DNA of 64,000 bases from a bacterium (GTDB taxonomy: Bacteria > Myxococcota_A > UBA9160 > UBA4427), in assembly GCA_031413515.1 (NCBI GenBank), contig JANOFF010000155.1, positions 117-64,116 on the forward strand, in the 5' to 3' direction. A program made the position numbers and the translations under genes. The notes beneath the pieces are model-generated. The model saw only the letters and a program-made list of their open reading frames with translations. It did not search any database and was not told where the DNA came from. Every line of letters begins with the position of its first letter. Position 1 is the stretch's first letter. Shown here piece after piece: positions 62,331 to 64,000 of this stretch.

Positions 62331-63173
62331 ATGGCCGCCGCAGCGAGCACCGACTACCAGACGATCACCCTCGCCCCGCTGACACCGACGATCGGTGCCG
62401 AGATCGCAGGCGTGCGGATGAGCGGCGACGTCTCTCCGCAGCAGGTCGCCGAGATCCGCCGCGCGCTGGTCGACTGGAAGGTGGTCTTCTTCCGCGATCA
62501 GGACGTGACCCTCGCGGAGCACGTCGCGTTCGGTCGACTGCTCGGCGAACTCGAGATCCATCCCTTCACGCCGAACCATCCGGATCATCCCGAGATCGTG
62601 GTGATCCACAACGACGAGCGGACCAGGAAGGGGCAGAACGACTGGCACAGCGATGTGACTTGGCGCCAGGAACCATCCCTCGGTTCGATCCTGCGGGCGC
62701 GGATCCTCCCGCCCCTCGGTGGCGACACGCTGTTCGCCGACATGAATGCCGCCTACGAAGGTCTGACCGACGAGGTGAAGAAGCAGATCGATGGACTGCG
62801 CGCCGTCCACTCCTTCACGCATTCATTCGGCAGGCGAATGTCGCCCGAACAGCTCGAGAAGATGAAGGAGCAGTATCCCGATGCCGTCCACCCGGTGGTG
62901 CGAACGCATCCCGAATCGGGCCTGAAGTCGATCTACGTCAACGCCGCGTTCGTCTCGCACATCGAGGGCATGGACGACGCCGAGGGTGCGCGACTGCTGC
63001 GTCACCTGTACCGCCAGGCGGCGGTTCCCGAGTATCAGTGCCGCTTCCGCTGGCGGCTCGAGTCGGTGGCGTTCTGGGACAATCGCGGCGCCCAGCACTA
63101 TGCGGCCTTCGACTACTGGCCCCACACACGGCGGGTCGAGCGGGTGACGATCGCGGGCGACCGGCCACGCTGA
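62331..63173 (+). CDS. TauD/TfdA family Fe(II)/2-oxoglutarate dioxygenase
   Basis: 280 aa. WHSDVTW (HxD), GGDTLFADM, and a distal His in RTHPESG. Confidence 0.9.
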   Translation: MAAAASTDYQTITLAPLTPTIGAEIAGVRMSGDVSPQQVAEIRRALVDWKVVFFRDQDVTLAEHVAFGRLLGELEIHPFTPNHPDHPEIVVIHNDERTRKGQNDWHSDVTWRQEPSLGSILRARILPPLGGDTLFADMNAAYEGLTDEVKKQIDGLRAVHSFTHSFGRRMSPEQLEKMKEQYPDAVHPVVRTHPESGLKSIYVNAAFVSHIEGMDDAEGARLLRHLYRQAAVPEYQCRFRWRLESVAFWDNRGAQHYAAFDYWPHTRRVERVTIAGDRPR

Positions 63174-63203
63174 CCGCCGTCCGGCCGGGCGACGACTTTG
63201 CAG

Positions 63204-63968
63204 CTATTGCCGGGTGGACGTCATCTGGATGTACAGGCGAAGGACGTCTTCGGAAACACCCGCGCGTCGCGCCTCTTCCACCAGCACCGGGATGCGCTGG
63301 CTCGCGGCGGCAATCCGATCCTCGGCCGCGTCATTGCGCGCCACGATGGCGGGATCGACGGTGCCACTGTCACCCGCTGCGTACAGGGCTCGCGCATACT
63401 CGGTGCTTGCGGTTTCGAGCTCGGCGATCGATTCGAGCCACTCACGCCTTGCCCGCGCGAGTTTGTCGACCATCTCCGCATCTGCGGTGGGGCGATAGAC
63501 GCTCGGGTCCGTACCCGCGCTTCGGCCCGTCTTCGCCGCTGCAGCGGGAGCGCTCGGCTGCGCAACAGCGGCTCCGGTCGGTGCGGAGCCGCGTGCACCG
63601 AGCCCCGTGTCACCGCGCCAGAGATTCATGACACGCACTCCCTCGACGCTCTTGTCGAGCTTCTTGTGGTCGAACTTGCCTCCGACCCGCACGGTTTCGC
63701 TGTCCTCCGGTGCTCCCTCGCTGCGGATCAGGTGCTCGGGGATCACGATGATCATGCGACCGGTCGCATCCTCGATCTCGTAGTACGTGTCGCTCTTCTT
63801 CTCGACCACGACCCCCTCGATCACGATGTAGTCGCCGGTCTCGGCACGCTCACGCGCCTCGGCGATCGAGATCGCACCGGCGGGCGGCGCATCCCATGCC
63901 GTCGCGCCGAGCGGCGATACGGAGAGCAGGAAGACTGAGGTGGCCAGGCATCGGGTCACGGTTCGCAT
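63204..63968 (-). CDS. secreted protein with N-terminal bacterial OB-fold (YgiW/BOF-like) domain and helical C-terminus
   Basis: 254 aa with a signal peptide. The GDYIVIEGVVVEKKSDTYYEIEDATGRMIIVI pattern resembles the BOF domain. Confidence 0.55.
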   Translation of the reverse strand: MRTVTRCLATSVFLLSVSPLGATAWDAPPAGAISIAEARERAETGDYIVIEGVVVEKKSDTYYEIEDATGRMIIVIPEHLIRSEGAPEDSETVRVGGKFDHKKLDKSVEGVRVMNLWRGDTGLGARGSAPTGAAVAQPSAPAAAAKTGRSAGTDPSVYRPTADAEMVDKLARARREWLESIAELETASTEYARALYAAGDSGTVDPAIVARNDAAEDRIAAASQRIPVLVEEARRAGVSEDVLRLYIQMTSTRQ

Positions 63969-64000
63969 CGATTCTCCTCGTCGCGATGCCCCATGGAATC

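Noticed and set aside
1-64000. Search for mobile elements, CRISPR arrays, defence or toxin-antitoxin modules
   Set aside because: No transposase, integrase, recombinase, phage or Cas-like translations appear in any frame of the ORF track. There are no spaced repeat arrays and no small paired ORFs of toxin-antitoxin type. The only repeats found are the short tandem or direct repeats reported above.

Overview
GC-rich bacterial chromosomal window with third codon positions dominated by G/C. It looks Gram-negative: lipobox lipoproteins, a LolA-like carrier, an MMPL exporter and periplasmic binding proteins. I call about 66 protein-coding genes and saw no rRNA, tRNA, CRISPR array, transposase, integrase or phage gene. 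Many long ORFs in the track are antisense or run-on artefacts of the high GC content and are not called. Left part (1-22 kb): dienelactone hydrolase, a TAXI-type binding protein, a TetR-Rieske oxygenase-amidohydrolase operon, a Thr/Ser dehydratase, an aa3-type cytochrome c oxidase cluster (dihaem cytochrome c, CoxB/A/C/IV, a second subunit-III-like protein and small membrane proteins), a second Rieske oxygenase with its own Rieske ferredoxin, a sulfatase and SDR/epimerase genes. Centre (about 22.4-50.5 kb): an aryl-polyene (APE) / xanthomonadin / flexirubin-type lipid-pigment gene cluster. Its core is KS + CLF-like KS, ACP, an AMP-ligase fused to a hot-dog dehydratase, a second dehydratase, FabG, a thioesterase, LPLAT and LpxL-like acyltransferases, GT2, a LolA-like protein, MMPL and a DUF3261-like lipoprotein. 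The cluster also carries an MIO ammonia-lyase and a flavin-dependent halogenase. It is split by about 12 kb of genes I do not associate with APE clusters: a thioredoxin-like protein + CcdA, a B12-binding radical SAM enzyme, a ThiH/HydG-family radical SAM enzyme with a PaaK-like ligase and a UPF0104 membrane protein, and a CRTAC1/ASPIC-UnbV FG-GAP protein interrupted by a single in-frame TGA followed by a SECIS-like hairpin. This atypical cluster is my best candidate for something new. Right part (50.5-64 kb): an MBL-fold hydrolase + NagA, three ferritin-like/putative di-iron proteins around a TetR gene with one of them coupled to an ABC1/UbiB-type kinase, a VOC protein, Tag glycosylase, D-aminoacylase, a PPOX-family protein, a TauD-family dioxygenase and a secreted OB-fold protein. 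All functional calls come from motif and sequence recognition by eye; no database search was run.
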